The notes below the pieces were generated by a model that had not been told where the DNA came from, searched no databases, and was given only the letters and a program-made list of their open reading frames with translations. This document shows positions 40,608-49,820 of a stretch of DNA of 64,000 nucleotides, piece after piece. The translations under genes and the position numbers were made by a program. The DNA is taken from the NCBI GenBank assembly GCA_902580275.1, contig CACHJZ010000005.1:36065-100064 (forward strand), written 5' to 3'. The first letter of the stretch is position 1. Every line of letters begins with the position of its first letter. Origin of the DNA: an uncultured Pelagibacteraceae bacterium. Its GTDB lineage: Bacteria; Pseudomonadota; Alphaproteobacteria; Pelagibacterales; Pelagibacteraceae.

Positions 40608-41492
40608 TTAAGCTACCTTTAAAAAATTATAATTAAAATCTAATTTGGCTAATTCATCAAGTAATTTTTTTTTACTATCTTGATTTAATAACGAAAGTGG
40701 CGGCAATAAATTGGTATAAGAATTATCTGAAATTGATAAAATTGTGTGGATACCAGATATTAAATTATATTTATCAAATTCCTCTCGTACATTACATAAT
40801 TTTTGGTTGTTAGTTTGATCTATTTTATTAATAAAGTTATCATAAACATTTCTTGATAATTCTGCCGTTACATTGCAGGTTGCAGTAATTATTCCTGAAC
40901 ATCCCAATTCTAAACCACTTAATAATTTTGATTCTGAGCCAGGTAAGATAGAAAAATTTTTCAATTTTAAAACTTTGTACAAATTATATGTGCTGTCTTT
41001 AACTCCTATGATTTGATCTGGATAAATTTTTACAAGCTCCTCAACACATTCTACTGAAAATTTATATCCACATAATTTTTCAAAATTATATAAAACGATT
41101 TTACACCATGGGTGAATTTTGATTATCTCAGAGTAAAATTTAATTGCATCATTATCTGCATAAACGTAATACGCTGGTGGCATTATAAGAAAATTCTCAA
41201 AATTAAAATTTTTACATACATTAAGAAATGAAATAGTTTCTTTAAGTGAATTAAAACCAGTGCCAATTATAAAATTATTTTTAAATTTATTTTTTGAAAG
41301 TTTCTCAATTAATTTAATTTTTTCTGAAACGGAAATTAATTGAGCTTGTCCCGTACTACCAAAAATCACAACTCCATGACAGCCTTGTAATATTAAATTT
41401 TCTGCATGTTTAATTGTTTTATCTACATCTAGATTCAATTCTTTATCTAACACAGATACCGAAGCCGCATAAATGCCATTAATTTTACTCAT
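40608..41492 (-). CDS. DHDPS/NAL family class I aldolase/lyase
   Basis: GSTGQ, MPPAYY, LYN, GVKDS (Schiff-base Lys). Confidence 0.85.
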   Translation of the reverse strand: MSKINGIYAASVSVLDKELNLDVDKTIKHAENLILQGCHGVVIFGSTGQAQLISVSEKIKLIEKLSKNKFKNNFIIGTGFNSLKETISFLNVCKNFNFENFLIMPPAYYVYADNDAIKFYSEIIKIHPWCKIVLYNFEKLCGYKFSVECVEELVKIYPDQIIGVKDSTYNLYKVLKLKNFSILPGSESKLLSGLELGCSGIITATCNVTAELSRNVYDNFINKIDQTNNQKLCNVREEFDKYNLISGIHTILSISDNSYTNLLPPLSLLNQDSKKKLLDELAKLDFNYNFLKVA

Positions 41493-41539
41493 AATAAAAA
41501 CTTATATAAAAATAAAATTTTAGTAAAGTTGATAAAAAA

Positions 41540-42505
41540 ATGAAAATTCTAGCTATTCAAAACAGAATGGGTATTGGTGATATGATTATATATTTACCTT
41601 TTATAGAGGCGATATCAAAAAAATATAATACAAAAGTTGACATTCTAGTTAAAGAAAACTCGAAAGCTTCAGAAATTTTGAGGGATAACAAATATATTGG
41701 AGAAATTATAAATTTAGACAGAAATAATAAAAATAAAAAAGGAACACATGATGGTATTTTTGGCTCAATCAGTTTAGCAAATCAATTAAAAAAATATAAT
41801 TTTGAAAAAGTATTTATTTTTAATTCGTCTTTAAGATACAAGTTAATATGTAAATTGGCATCTATCAAAGAGATACATCAATATCCGTTGTTTAAAAAAA
41901 AAAACCAGCATATTATTTTAGCAGCACAAAATTTTCTAAAAAATTCTATTGGTGAAACTGTAAAAAGTGAACCCATAATCAGCGTAGATAAAAAAAGTAT
42001 TTCTGAAACAGGAATCAAATTAAAAATAACAAAGAGTGAAAAAAATATAATATTGGGTATAGGGGGGTCTGGAAATACTAAAAGAATACCATCAAAAATA
42101 TTTTTGAGATTTATGGAAATGTGTGAAAACAAACATAATTGTAGATTTTTTTTAGCCACAGGAACTAATGACGAAGAGCAAATTATTCTGAAGGATATAT
42201 TGAATTCAAAATATAATACTAAATGCTTAACTTTAGATAAAATGAGTTTGTTTGAAATCTTGCCTATAATTGCTAATTGCGATGTAGCAGTTTGTAATGA
42301 CTCTAGCTTTAGTCACTTATCCGCTGCAATTGGTATACCAACTATAGTTTTGATGGCAGATACACCTTTGCTATATGGGAGTTATAGTTCAAAAATGTTT
42401 CCAATAATTCCTGACGGGGAGGTTACAGTCAAACATGATACTTTAGGTAAAGAGAAAATTGATCCACAAAAGATATTTTATAAATTTAACGAATTAATTA
42501 ACTAA
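41540..42505 (+). CDS. Glycosyltransferase family 9 (heptosyltransferase-like)
   Basis: GIGDMI, KR, CNDSSFSHLSAAIGIPT. Confidence 0.85.
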   Translation: MKILAIQNRMGIGDMIIYLPFIEAISKKYNTKVDILVKENSKASEILRDNKYIGEIINLDRNNKNKKGTHDGIFGSISLANQLKKYNFEKVFIFNSSLRYKLICKLASIKEIHQYPLFKKKNQHIILAAQNFLKNSIGETVKSEPIISVDKKSISETGIKLKITKSEKNIILGIGGSGNTKRIPSKIFLRFMEMCENKHNCRFFLATGTNDEEQIILKDILNSKYNTKCLTLDKMSLFEILPIIANCDVAVCNDSSFSHLSAAIGIPTIVLMADTPLLYGSYSSKMFPIIPDGEVTVKHDTLGKEKIDPQKIFYKFNELIN

Positions 42506-43007
42506 CATCTTTCAAAACTATTTCCTTAGCCTCATTTACTATTGCTGCCAATCTAGATAAATCGGGACTTACATCTGGGTGAATTTTTTTCATAATATTT
42601 TTATAAGATTTCATAACTTCTTCTTTAGAGTACTTTTTTTTTGGATTTAAATTTAGTATTTTGTAAGCCTCATCTAATGATATAGATTGGGTATTAGCTG
42701 CTGATCCCATATTATTAAAATTAAACCTTCCTGAATTTTTTAAGAATCTTAGTAGGCCCCAAATTCTTACTAGTTGAAGTAAGGTCAAACCAGCTTTGGT
42801 CTTTATTAATGGCAAAATCATAAGTAAAAAAGGTAAAGAAAATATGTACCTTCCAGCAAAGGCCATTATCACAGCTAGAACTATAGATAAAATAATAGTA
42901 AAAGTTCTAATTCCTTTAGAAATTTTAGCACTTGATGTCTTTACAAACCAATTAAGCAATAAATAGACTAGGACAAAAATAATTAGTGTTAAGAAAAAAA
43001 TATTCAT
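42498..43007 (-). CDS. Membrane-anchored J-domain protein
   Basis: N-terminal TMs; EAYKILNL...KKIHPD...VNEAKE. Confidence 0.85.
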   Translation of the reverse strand: MNIFFLTLIIFVLVYLLLNWFVKTSSAKISKGIRTFTIILSIVLAVIMAFAGRYIFSLPFLLMILPLIKTKAGLTLLQLVRIWGLLRFLKNSGRFNFNNMGSAANTQSISLDEAYKILNLNPKKKYSKEEVMKSYKNIMKKIHPDVSPDLSRLAAIVNEAKEIVLKDVS

Positions 43008-43014
43008 GTAATAG

Positions 43015-45099
43015 ATGTTAAAAATGAAAATACCACAACTTGAGAAAAAACCAGAACTAAAATCTTGTCACAATGTGACATGGGAAGATAATTATAGCTG
43101 GATTCATCAAAATAATATTTTAGAGGTTTTAAAAGACAGCTCTAAACTCTTACCAGAGGTAAGAAAATATCTAGAAGATGAAAATAATTATACAGAGGAG
43201 AATTTAAAGGATACGAAAGAATATCAAAAAAAACTTTTTGATGAAATCAAGGGAAGAATTAAATTAGATGATGAGTCTTTGCCATTCAAAGATAAAAATT
43301 ATGAATATTGGACTAAAACAACAACAAAAGGAAATTATTCAATTAAATTAAGAAAAAAAATTGGTTCTAATAATGTTGAGGAAATTTGGAATGGAGATAA
43401 AGAAAAAGAAAAACTTAAAACTGAGTATTTTGGGGTTGGTGATTTAGAAGTAAGCTACAACGATAAATATTTAGCGTATTCATTAGATTTAAAAGGTTCT
43501 GAGTATTTCACTATTCATGTAAGAGATATTAAGACAAATGAGATTATTACAGATAAAATTGAAAACACTTCAGGTTCTATCTTGTTTAGTTTGGATGACA
43601 GATTTATTTTCTATTCTAAGCTTGATGAAAATCACAGACCTAAAAAAATTTTTAGGCATGAAATTGGTAAATCAATCAAAGAAGATCTATTGATCTTTGA
43701 GGAAAGAACCCCAGCATTTACTGTAAGCATTGGTATTAGTGCAGATGAAAAATACTACTTTATTAATTCTTCTGATCATAACACCTCTGAGAAATACTAT
43801 TTTAAAAGTAATGAGAGTTTACCTAAACCAAAAATAGTAAGAAAAAGAGAAAAAGGAATTATATATAGCGTAAGTTCCTGGGGTGGTTATTTTTATATTC
43901 ACACCAACAAAGGTGCGGAAGATTTCAAAATAGAAAGATCGACAGATATCGAGGCATCTAAATGGGAAGTATTTATACCAGCTAAAAATGAAACAATGAT
44001 TGGTGGACTAACATTTTTAAAAAATTGGATTATTAGATCTGAACTTAATAACGCTTTAGATAAAATCTTTGTAAGAGACATCAATTCAAATAAGGAGGAA
44101 GAGCTTATTTTTACTGATGAAGAAGTTTATGATGGTAGTATTTCACATACACAAAAAGATAGAAATACTGATCTAATTTATATTTCATATTCTACTCCAA
44201 AAACCCAAGCGAGGACCTATTTATATAATTTAAAGACTAAAGAAAAAAAATTAGTAAAGGAACAAGTTATTCCAACAGGACATGATCCAAAAAACTATAT
44301 AGTGCAAAGGATTGAATGTAATTCTGATGATGGAAGAAAAGTACCTTTAACGATAACTAGACACAAAGATACTCCTTTGGATGGATCTGCAAATCTTCTT
44401 TTATATGGATACGGTTCTTATGGAGCTTCAATGTCTCCATCATTTTCTTCTACAAGATTAAGTCTAATTAATAGAAATATAATATGGGTGACCGCTCATA
44501 TACGAGGAGGAATGGAGAGAGGAATGAAGTGGTGGAAAGAGGGAAAACTTCTGAATAAGAAAAATACCTTTAATGATTATATTGCTGCTGCAAAATTTTT
44601 GATAGAAAAAAAATATACTTCAAATGGTAAGATTATAGGAATGGGTGGTTCAGCTGGAGGATTACTGATGGGTGCAGTTGTTAACAAGGCCCCAGATTTA
44701 TTTTTAGGGATGATTATGGCTGTTCCATTTGTTGACAGTCTAACAACCAACCTAGACCATTCTTTACCGTTAACAATTGGAGAATTTGACGAATTTGGAA
44801 ACGCAAAAGATAATAAAGATCACTTTGATTATATTTATTCTTATGCGCCATATAACAATATAAAAAAAATGGATTACCCAAATATTTTAATTACAACAAG
44901 TTTAAGCGATAATAGAGTTTTATTTGATGAACCAGCAAAGTTTACAGCTAAACTTAGAGATTATAAAACTGATAACAATCTTTTATTACTTAAGACTGAA
45001 ATGAATGCAGGTCACGGTGGTAAATCAGGCAGAGATGGTGCTATTGAAGAAATAGCGTTCGACTATGCATTTATTTTAAAAATAGCAGAAAAGATTTAG
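43015..45099 (+). CDS. ptrB: Oligopeptidase B (S9A)
   Basis: DNYSW, YGYGSYG, HIRGG, GGSAGG (catalytic Ser), DNRV, AGHGG. Confidence 0.93.
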   Translation: MLKMKIPQLEKKPELKSCHNVTWEDNYSWIHQNNILEVLKDSSKLLPEVRKYLEDENNYTEENLKDTKEYQKKLFDEIKGRIKLDDESLPFKDKNYEYWTKTTTKGNYSIKLRKKIGSNNVEEIWNGDKEKEKLKTEYFGVGDLEVSYNDKYLAYSLDLKGSEYFTIHVRDIKTNEIITDKIENTSGSILFSLDDRFIFYSKLDENHRPKKIFRHEIGKSIKEDLLIFEERTPAFTVSIGISADEKYYFINSSDHNTSEKYYFKSNESLPKPKIVRKREKGIIYSVSSWGGYFYIHTNKGAEDFKIERSTDIEASKWEVFIPAKNETMIGGLTFLKNWIIRSELNNALDKIFVRDINSNKEEELIFTDEEVYDGSISHTQKDRNTDLIYISYSTPKTQARTYLYNLKTKEKKLVKEQVIPTGHDPKNYIVQRIECNSDDGRKVPLTITRHKDTPLDGSANLLLYGYGSYGASMSPSFSSTRLSLINRNIIWVTAHIRGGMERGMKWWKEGKLLNKKNTFNDYIAAAKFLIEKKYTSNGKIIGMGGSAGGLLMGAVVNKAPDLFLGMIMAVPFVDSLTTNLDHSLPLTIGEFDEFGNAKDNKDHFDYIYSYAPYNNIKKMDYPNILITTSLSDNRVLFDEPAKFTAKLRDYKTDNNLLLLKTEMNAGHGGKSGRDGAIEEIAFDYAFILKIAEKI

Positions 45100-45105
45100 T
45101 CCATA

Positions 45106-45133
45106 CTTGAAAGATTTTAATTAATACCTACAT
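45106..45133 (+). promoter_or_regulatory. RpoH (sigma32) promoter of hsp20
   Basis: CTTG-N17-CCTACAT. Confidence 0.7.
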
Positions 45134-45136
45134 AAA

Positions 45137-45195
45137 GTTTACAAGTTGCCTTATTGGGGCTTGTAATAAACCTTGCTAACAAAGGAGGAAAAATG
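45137..45195 (+). promoter_or_regulatory. ROSE-type RNA thermometer in the hsp20 5' UTR
   Basis: Hairpin I TTACAAG/CTTGTAA; hairpin II CCUUGCU-aacaa-AGGAGG pairs with the SD and has a bulged G. Confidence 0.75.
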
Positions 45196-45639
45196 ACAAG
45201 TAAGGATCTATCTATATTTAACTCACTAAGACCATTCTCAATTGGTTTTGACGATATGTTTGACCAATTTGAGAACATGTTAGGAAATGGTAGTTTGACA
45301 ATGCAATCTAATTACCCGCCCTACAACATTAGAAAAACAGGAAAGGATAAATACTCAATTGAAGTAGCCTTAGCAGGTTTTTCGAAAAAAGATGTCGAAG
45401 TGGAGTTTGAAGATAATTTATTAACTGTGAGAACGAAACAAGTTAATAAATCGGATAATCAAAATGAAAATGGTGAAATTATTCATAAAGGAATTTCACA
45501 AAGACAATTTGCTAGATCATTTACAATTGCTGATGATGTAAAGGTAAATGGTGCTGAGCTAAAAGATGGTCTTTTGACAATTGCTTGTGAAAGAATTGTG
45601 CCAGATTACAAAAAGAAAAAACTTATTGAAATTAAATAA
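45193..45639 (+). CDS. ibpA: Small heat shock protein (Hsp20/IbpA family)
   Basis: FSIGFD, NYPPYNI, EVALAGF, HKGISQRQF, DGLL, IEI; AGGAGG RBS before ATG 45193. Confidence 0.93.
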   Translation: MTSKDLSIFNSLRPFSIGFDDMFDQFENMLGNGSLTMQSNYPPYNIRKTGKDKYSIEVALAGFSKKDVEVEFEDNLLTVRTKQVNKSDNQNENGEIIHKGISQRQFARSFTIADDVKVNGAELKDGLLTIACERIVPDYKKKKLIEIK

Positions 45640-45650
45640 GTATTAACCTT

Positions 45651-45680
45651 GCTTGTGGGGATTATCCCCACAAGTTAAAA
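45651..45680. terminator. Terminator hairpin between convergent hsp20 and lipoprotein genes
   Basis: Perfect 10-bp stem CTTGTGGGGA-tta-TCCCCACAAG. Confidence 0.75.
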
Positions 45681-45980
45681 ACACCCTTTAGATACAAATC
45701 CAATCACCATATCCTCACTGCTGATTTCAAATTTTCTCTCGCATGGAATTCCATATTTTTTTGTTTTATAAACAAGAATCTTAGAAGCTGTATTAGACTT
45801 TTCTTCGTTATCAGGCATACCCATAACTATTTTTAACTCTGAAACAGGTTGCCCAATAAATTGACTTAATTTCTCGTTTTCTTTTTTTACTATTTCATTG
45901 GTTTTGTCCTTAACTGTCTGACAACTGGACAATTTTGTTAAAACTAATAGAAAAATCAAAATATGTGATATTAATCGCAC
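45675..45980 (-). CDS. Hypothetical lipoprotein
   Basis: Signal peptide with lipobox LSSC; G.P..E...MG.PD pattern; two further Cys. Confidence 0.65.
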   Translation of the reverse strand: MRLISHILIFLLVLTKLSSCQTVKDKTNEIVKKENEKLSQFIGQPVSELKIVMGMPDNEEKSNTASKILVYKTKKYGIPCERKFEISSEDMVIGFVSKGCF

Positions 45981-46108
45981 TATCTCACTTTATCACATCT
46001 GTTTTAATAAAAAATTAAATTCTAAGTTGAAAATTGTGAATAAAGCTTTCAATTGAAAAGATTTGTTTTGAAGAATAGTTTATTATTCTAATTATTTGGA
46101 GGAACTCA

Positions 46109-47419
46109 ATGTTAGATAAATATTTTAATTATAAAAAACATAAAACTACTTTTAAAACTGAGGTTATTGCTGGAGTTACTACTTTCCTAACTATGGCATA
46201 CATAATGTTTTTAAACCCTTTTATTTTATCTGGAGAATTTGCAGGACCAGAAAAAGGTTTTTTTGACTTTGGTGCTGTTTTCACGGCCACGATATTAGCC
46301 ACTGCTTTAGCTTGTTTCATAATGGCTTTTTACGGAAAGACTTGGCCAATAGGTTTGGCTCCAGGAATGGGCATAAACGCTTTTGTTGCATTTGGAGTTG
46401 TTGCAGGAATGGGTTATACACCGCAAGAAGCTCTTGGGGCTGTATTAGTTGCGGGTGTTTTATTTTTAATTATATCTTTAACACCAGTCAGATCGTGGTT
46501 AATTAACTCAATACCTAAAAGCTTAAAACTAGGAATAGGAGCAGGTATTGGATTATTTCTGGCAATTATTGGTTTAGAAATTATGGGAGTAGTTGGAGAT
46601 CATCCAGTTACACTTGTGACTTTAGGAGATATAAAAAATCCGTTAGTTATTCTAGGATGTCTTACATTTGTAGCAATTATTGTCATGGAAAAACTTAACA
46701 TTAAAGGAAATATAATAATTGGAATAATTGCTTTCAGTATTATTGCATGGGTAAGTGGATTAGCAAAATTTAATGGGGTTGTGGGAAGTATACCTCCAAT
46801 GACTTATCTTTTTGAATTTGACTTATCAGCAGCTTTGACAGCAAGTATGTCAACAGTAGTGTTCACATTATTGTTTATAGATTTTTTTGACACTGCTGGA
46901 ACTTTAACATCAGTTGCTAACGTTGCAGGCAAAGTTGATAACAAAGGTAGAGTTCAAGATATCAATAAAGCAATGATGTCTGACAGCGTTGGTACTGTTG
47001 CTGGAGCATTAATGGGAACTACAACCGTTACTAGTTACGTTGAATCAGGAGCCGGTGTAAAAGCTGGCGGCAGAACTGGAATGACATCTTTAGTAATTGG
47101 TGTTTTGTTTCTTGCATGTTTATTTTTTGCACCTCTTGCAACAAGTTTACCAAAAGAAATCGATGGAGCGGCGTTACTTTATGTGGCTGTTTTATTCGTA
47201 AGAAATATTACTGATATAGAATGGGATGACATTGCAGAGTCAGCTCCTGCTGTACTTGCCATGATAGCAATGCCTTTAACATACAGTATAAGCAATGGTA
47301 TAGCGTTAGCGTTTATTTCTTATGCGTTAATAAAAATATTCACTGGTAAATTTTCTACAACTTCTCCTGCTATATGGGTTATTGCAGTTCTTAGTGGAAT
47401 AAGTTTTGCTGTAGCTTAA
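46109..47419 (+). CDS. NCS2/AzgA family purine permease
   Basis: AGVTTFLTMAYI, APGMG.NAF, DFFDTAGT, YVESGAG, GGRTG, P.TYSI.NG. Confidence 0.93.
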   Translation: MLDKYFNYKKHKTTFKTEVIAGVTTFLTMAYIMFLNPFILSGEFAGPEKGFFDFGAVFTATILATALACFIMAFYGKTWPIGLAPGMGINAFVAFGVVAGMGYTPQEALGAVLVAGVLFLIISLTPVRSWLINSIPKSLKLGIGAGIGLFLAIIGLEIMGVVGDHPVTLVTLGDIKNPLVILGCLTFVAIIVMEKLNIKGNIIIGIIAFSIIAWVSGLAKFNGVVGSIPPMTYLFEFDLSAALTASMSTVVFTLLFIDFFDTAGTLTSVANVAGKVDNKGRVQDINKAMMSDSVGTVAGALMGTTTVTSYVESGAGVKAGGRTGMTSLVIGVLFLACLFFAPLATSLPKEIDGAALLYVAVLFVRNITDIEWDDIAESAPAVLAMIAMPLTYSISNGIALAFISYALIKIFTGKFSTTSPAIWVIAVLSGISFAVA

Positions 47420-47429
47420 ATTTATTTAA

Positions 47430-47461
47430 AAATAAGGCCAGATTTAATTCTGGCCTTATTT
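47430..47461. terminator. Bidirectional terminator
   Basis: 13-bp stem AAATAAGGCCAGA-tttaat-TCTGGCCTTATTT between convergent genes. Confidence 0.8.
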
Positions 47462-47977
47462 ATTTCTCTCAATTATTTTATCAATAGATATTTCCTCATA
47501 GTGTTCAGTTGGTTGAACAATCCACGGATCTCCATCTAATTTGATGGGACAAAAATCCGGATTAAATTTAGATGATTTTTTTTTCCATAAACAGGCAGTT
47601 TTAATATCTTTTATATAACTTTTTACTGGTTCATAATTTTTTAACCAGTCAATACTTCTATTTAAAGTGAGCCCTGTATCTGATAAATCATCGACCAACA
47701 AAACTCTTTCAAAGTCTTTTTGCTGCGCTATTGAGCTTATGTCTCTTGCAAAAATTAGATCTCCTTGCTTATCCTCTAATCCTTTTCCTGAATAGCTTTG
47801 TATAACAATATAAGCTGTCGGTAATTTAAATATTCTTGATAAAATATCTATTATAGGTGCGGCTCCCCTCATAATACCAACAAGTACAGTTGGTTTGAAT
47901 TTTTTATTAACCTCTATTGCGAGCTTTTCAACAGTATCAAGGTATTCTTGAAAATTTATTATTAATTTTTTTTCCAT
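47456..47977 (-). CDS. Type I phosphoribosyltransferase (purine salvage, Gpt-like)
   Basis: GIMRGA, PRPP motif LLVDDLSDTGLT, WIVQP. Confidence 0.85.
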   Translation of the reverse strand: MEKKLIINFQEYLDTVEKLAIEVNKKFKPTVLVGIMRGAAPIIDILSRIFKLPTAYIVIQSYSGKGLEDKQGDLIFARDISSIAQQKDFERVLLVDDLSDTGLTLNRSIDWLKNYEPVKSYIKDIKTACLWKKKSSKFNPDFCPIKLDGDPWIVQPTEHYEEISIDKIIERNK

Positions 47978-48019
47978 TTATAATTATTATTATAGTATTA
48001 GATTTAATTAAATATATTT

Positions 48020-48910
48020 ATGAAAATATTTGACTGTTTTATGTATTTTGACGAAGATTTAGTTTTAGACTTAAGACTAAATCTTTTGGATGATCAAGTA
48101 GATTACTTTGTGATAGTTGAAAGTAAATTTAATCATAAAGGTGAAAAAAGAGATTTAAAATTTGATATTGGTAGATATCAAAGGTTTAAAAAAAAAATTC
48201 TCTATTTGGTTTACGATCAAATACCAAATAATTTAGATATAATCAAAGAAGATGAAGATAAGGATATAACAATCAGCAAATATATGTTTAACGCAGGAAA
48301 AAGAGAAAATAGCCAAAGAAACTTTATAGTAAATGGATTAACAGAGGCTGATAATGAAGATTTAATTTTAATTTCTGATGTAGACGAAATACCTAATCTT
48401 CAAAATCTAGATTTTTCAAAAATTAATAAGAAAATTATAATGTTCAAACAAGAAATGTTTTATTATAAATTTAATTTAAAATTACCTAATTTTTCATGGA
48501 TAGGAACAAAAGCTTGTCAGAAAAAGAATTTAAAAAGTCCTCAATGGCTAAGAAACATAAAAGACAGGGAGTTTCCTTTTTATAGGTTAGATACTCTTTT
48601 TTCAGATAATAAATACTCGAGTATTAAATTCATAGATAACGGTGGATGGCATTTTACAAATATTAAAACTCCAGAAGAAATTTACCACAAACTAAAGTCT
48701 TACCTTCATCACATTGAATTTGAATTAGAACCTTTAACAATTAAACAAATTACAGAAATTATGAATGAAAAACGAGCAATATATAATTTAAATGTTGATC
48801 AAAGAACAAAAAAATTTGGTAAAGGAGAAAAACTTTTGAAATATGATTTTCAGAAATTGCCTGATTATATTAAAAATAACAAATCAAAATATGAAAGGTG
48901 GTTAGACTAA
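48020..48910 (+). CDS. Glycosyltransferase family 17 (MGAT3-like)
   Basis: IFDCFMYFDE, FVIVES, E.SQRN, ISDVDEIP (DxD), GGWHF. Confidence 0.8.
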   Translation: MKIFDCFMYFDEDLVLDLRLNLLDDQVDYFVIVESKFNHKGEKRDLKFDIGRYQRFKKKILYLVYDQIPNNLDIIKEDEDKDITISKYMFNAGKRENSQRNFIVNGLTEADNEDLILISDVDEIPNLQNLDFSKINKKIIMFKQEMFYYKFNLKLPNFSWIGTKACQKKNLKSPQWLRNIKDREFPFYRLDTLFSDNKYSSIKFIDNGGWHFTNIKTPEEIYHKLKSYLHHIEFELEPLTIKQITEIMNEKRAIYNLNVDQRTKKFGKGEKLLKYDFQKLPDYIKNNKSKYERWLD

Positions 48911-49197
48911 TGAAAGGTTACTGGGTGTGTATATACGAAAAAATCGACAATCCTGAAAAATTAAAAGAGTATGCCTCAAAGGCTAAGCCAGCTGTCGAAA
49001 AGTTTTCTGGAAAATTCATTGTAAGAGGAGGAAAAAATAAAACTACGGAAGGTATTAATTCTCCACGTACTGTTGTTGTTGAATTCCCTGATTATAATAC
49101 AGCTATAGAATGTTATGACTCGAAGGAATACCAAGATGCTCATGAAATACTTAATGGGCATGTTGTAAGACATCACCAAATAGTGGAAGCTAGCTAA
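48910..49197 (+). CDS. DUF1330 family protein
   Basis: GKFIVRGG, EG, RTVVVEFP, YDSKEYQ; ATG overlaps the upstream stop. Confidence 0.88.
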   Translation: MKGYWVCIYEKIDNPEKLKEYASKAKPAVEKFSGKFIVRGGKNKTTEGINSPRTVVVEFPDYNTAIECYDSKEYQDAHEILNGHVVRHHQIVEAS

Positions 49198-49820
49198 TAC
49201 TGAATAGGTTCATCATCTATAGATCTCCATAAATACCAAGTTGCAACTGAACAGTAGGGTGAAAATTTTTTATATAATTTATCAACAAAAATTTTCGGTG
49301 GTAAATATTTTTTATTATAGTTGTTAGATATCGCTCGTAAAAGACCTATATCCTGTAAAGGCCAGATATTTTGTCTGTTAAAAGTGAAAAGCAAAATCAT
49401 TTCAGCTGACCACCTACCAATCTGTCTTAAAGTTGATAAATATGCTATCGCATCCTCGTCATTCATATTCTTAATTAAATTTGGATTAAAACTTTTATTA
49501 TGAAACTTACTTGCTAGTTCTTTAATACCTTTAACTTTTTGACGACTTAATCCACATTTTTTTAGCTGTTTTGAACTTAATTTATTTACTGTTTTTGGAT
49601 TTATTTTATTTTTGCAAAGCTTTTTAAATTTTATAAACACAGAGTTTGCCGCAGCAACACTGATCTGTTGGCCTATAATACTTTTACATAGGGAAAAAAA
49701 AATATCTCTTCTTGTAGTTAAAAACGTGTCGTTATACTTTTTTATTAGAGACCTCATAATCTTATCTTTTGATGATAAATGACTGATTGCTTTATTCCAG
49801 TATTTAGGTGGTTTAGTCAT
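49194..49820 (-). CDS. alkA: DNA-3-methyladenine glycosylase II (HhH-GPD)
   Basis: IIGQQISVAAA, GLSRQK, IGRWSAEM, P..D.G, PY.SVATWYLW. Confidence 0.88.
   Translation of the reverse strand: MTKPPKYWNKAISHLSSKDKIMRSLIKKYNDTFLTTRRDIFFSLCKSIIGQQISVAAANSVFIKFKKLCKNKINPKTVNKLSSKQLKKCGLSRQKVKGIKELASKFHNKSFNPNLIKNMNDEDAIAYLSTLRQIGRWSAEMILLFTFNRQNIWPLQDIGLLRAISNNYNKKYLPPKIFVDKLYKKFSPYCSVATWYLWRSIDDEPIQY

Noticed and set aside
45154..45192. N-terminal extension of Hsp20 from TTG 45154
   Set aside because: A strong SD precedes ATG 45193, and this stretch is the structured 5' UTR.
45981..46108. Possible purine riboswitch or operator (TTTCAATTGAAA, 46047-46058) before the NCS2 permease
   Set aside because: No riboswitch core is recognisable, and the AT-rich palindrome is plausible by chance.
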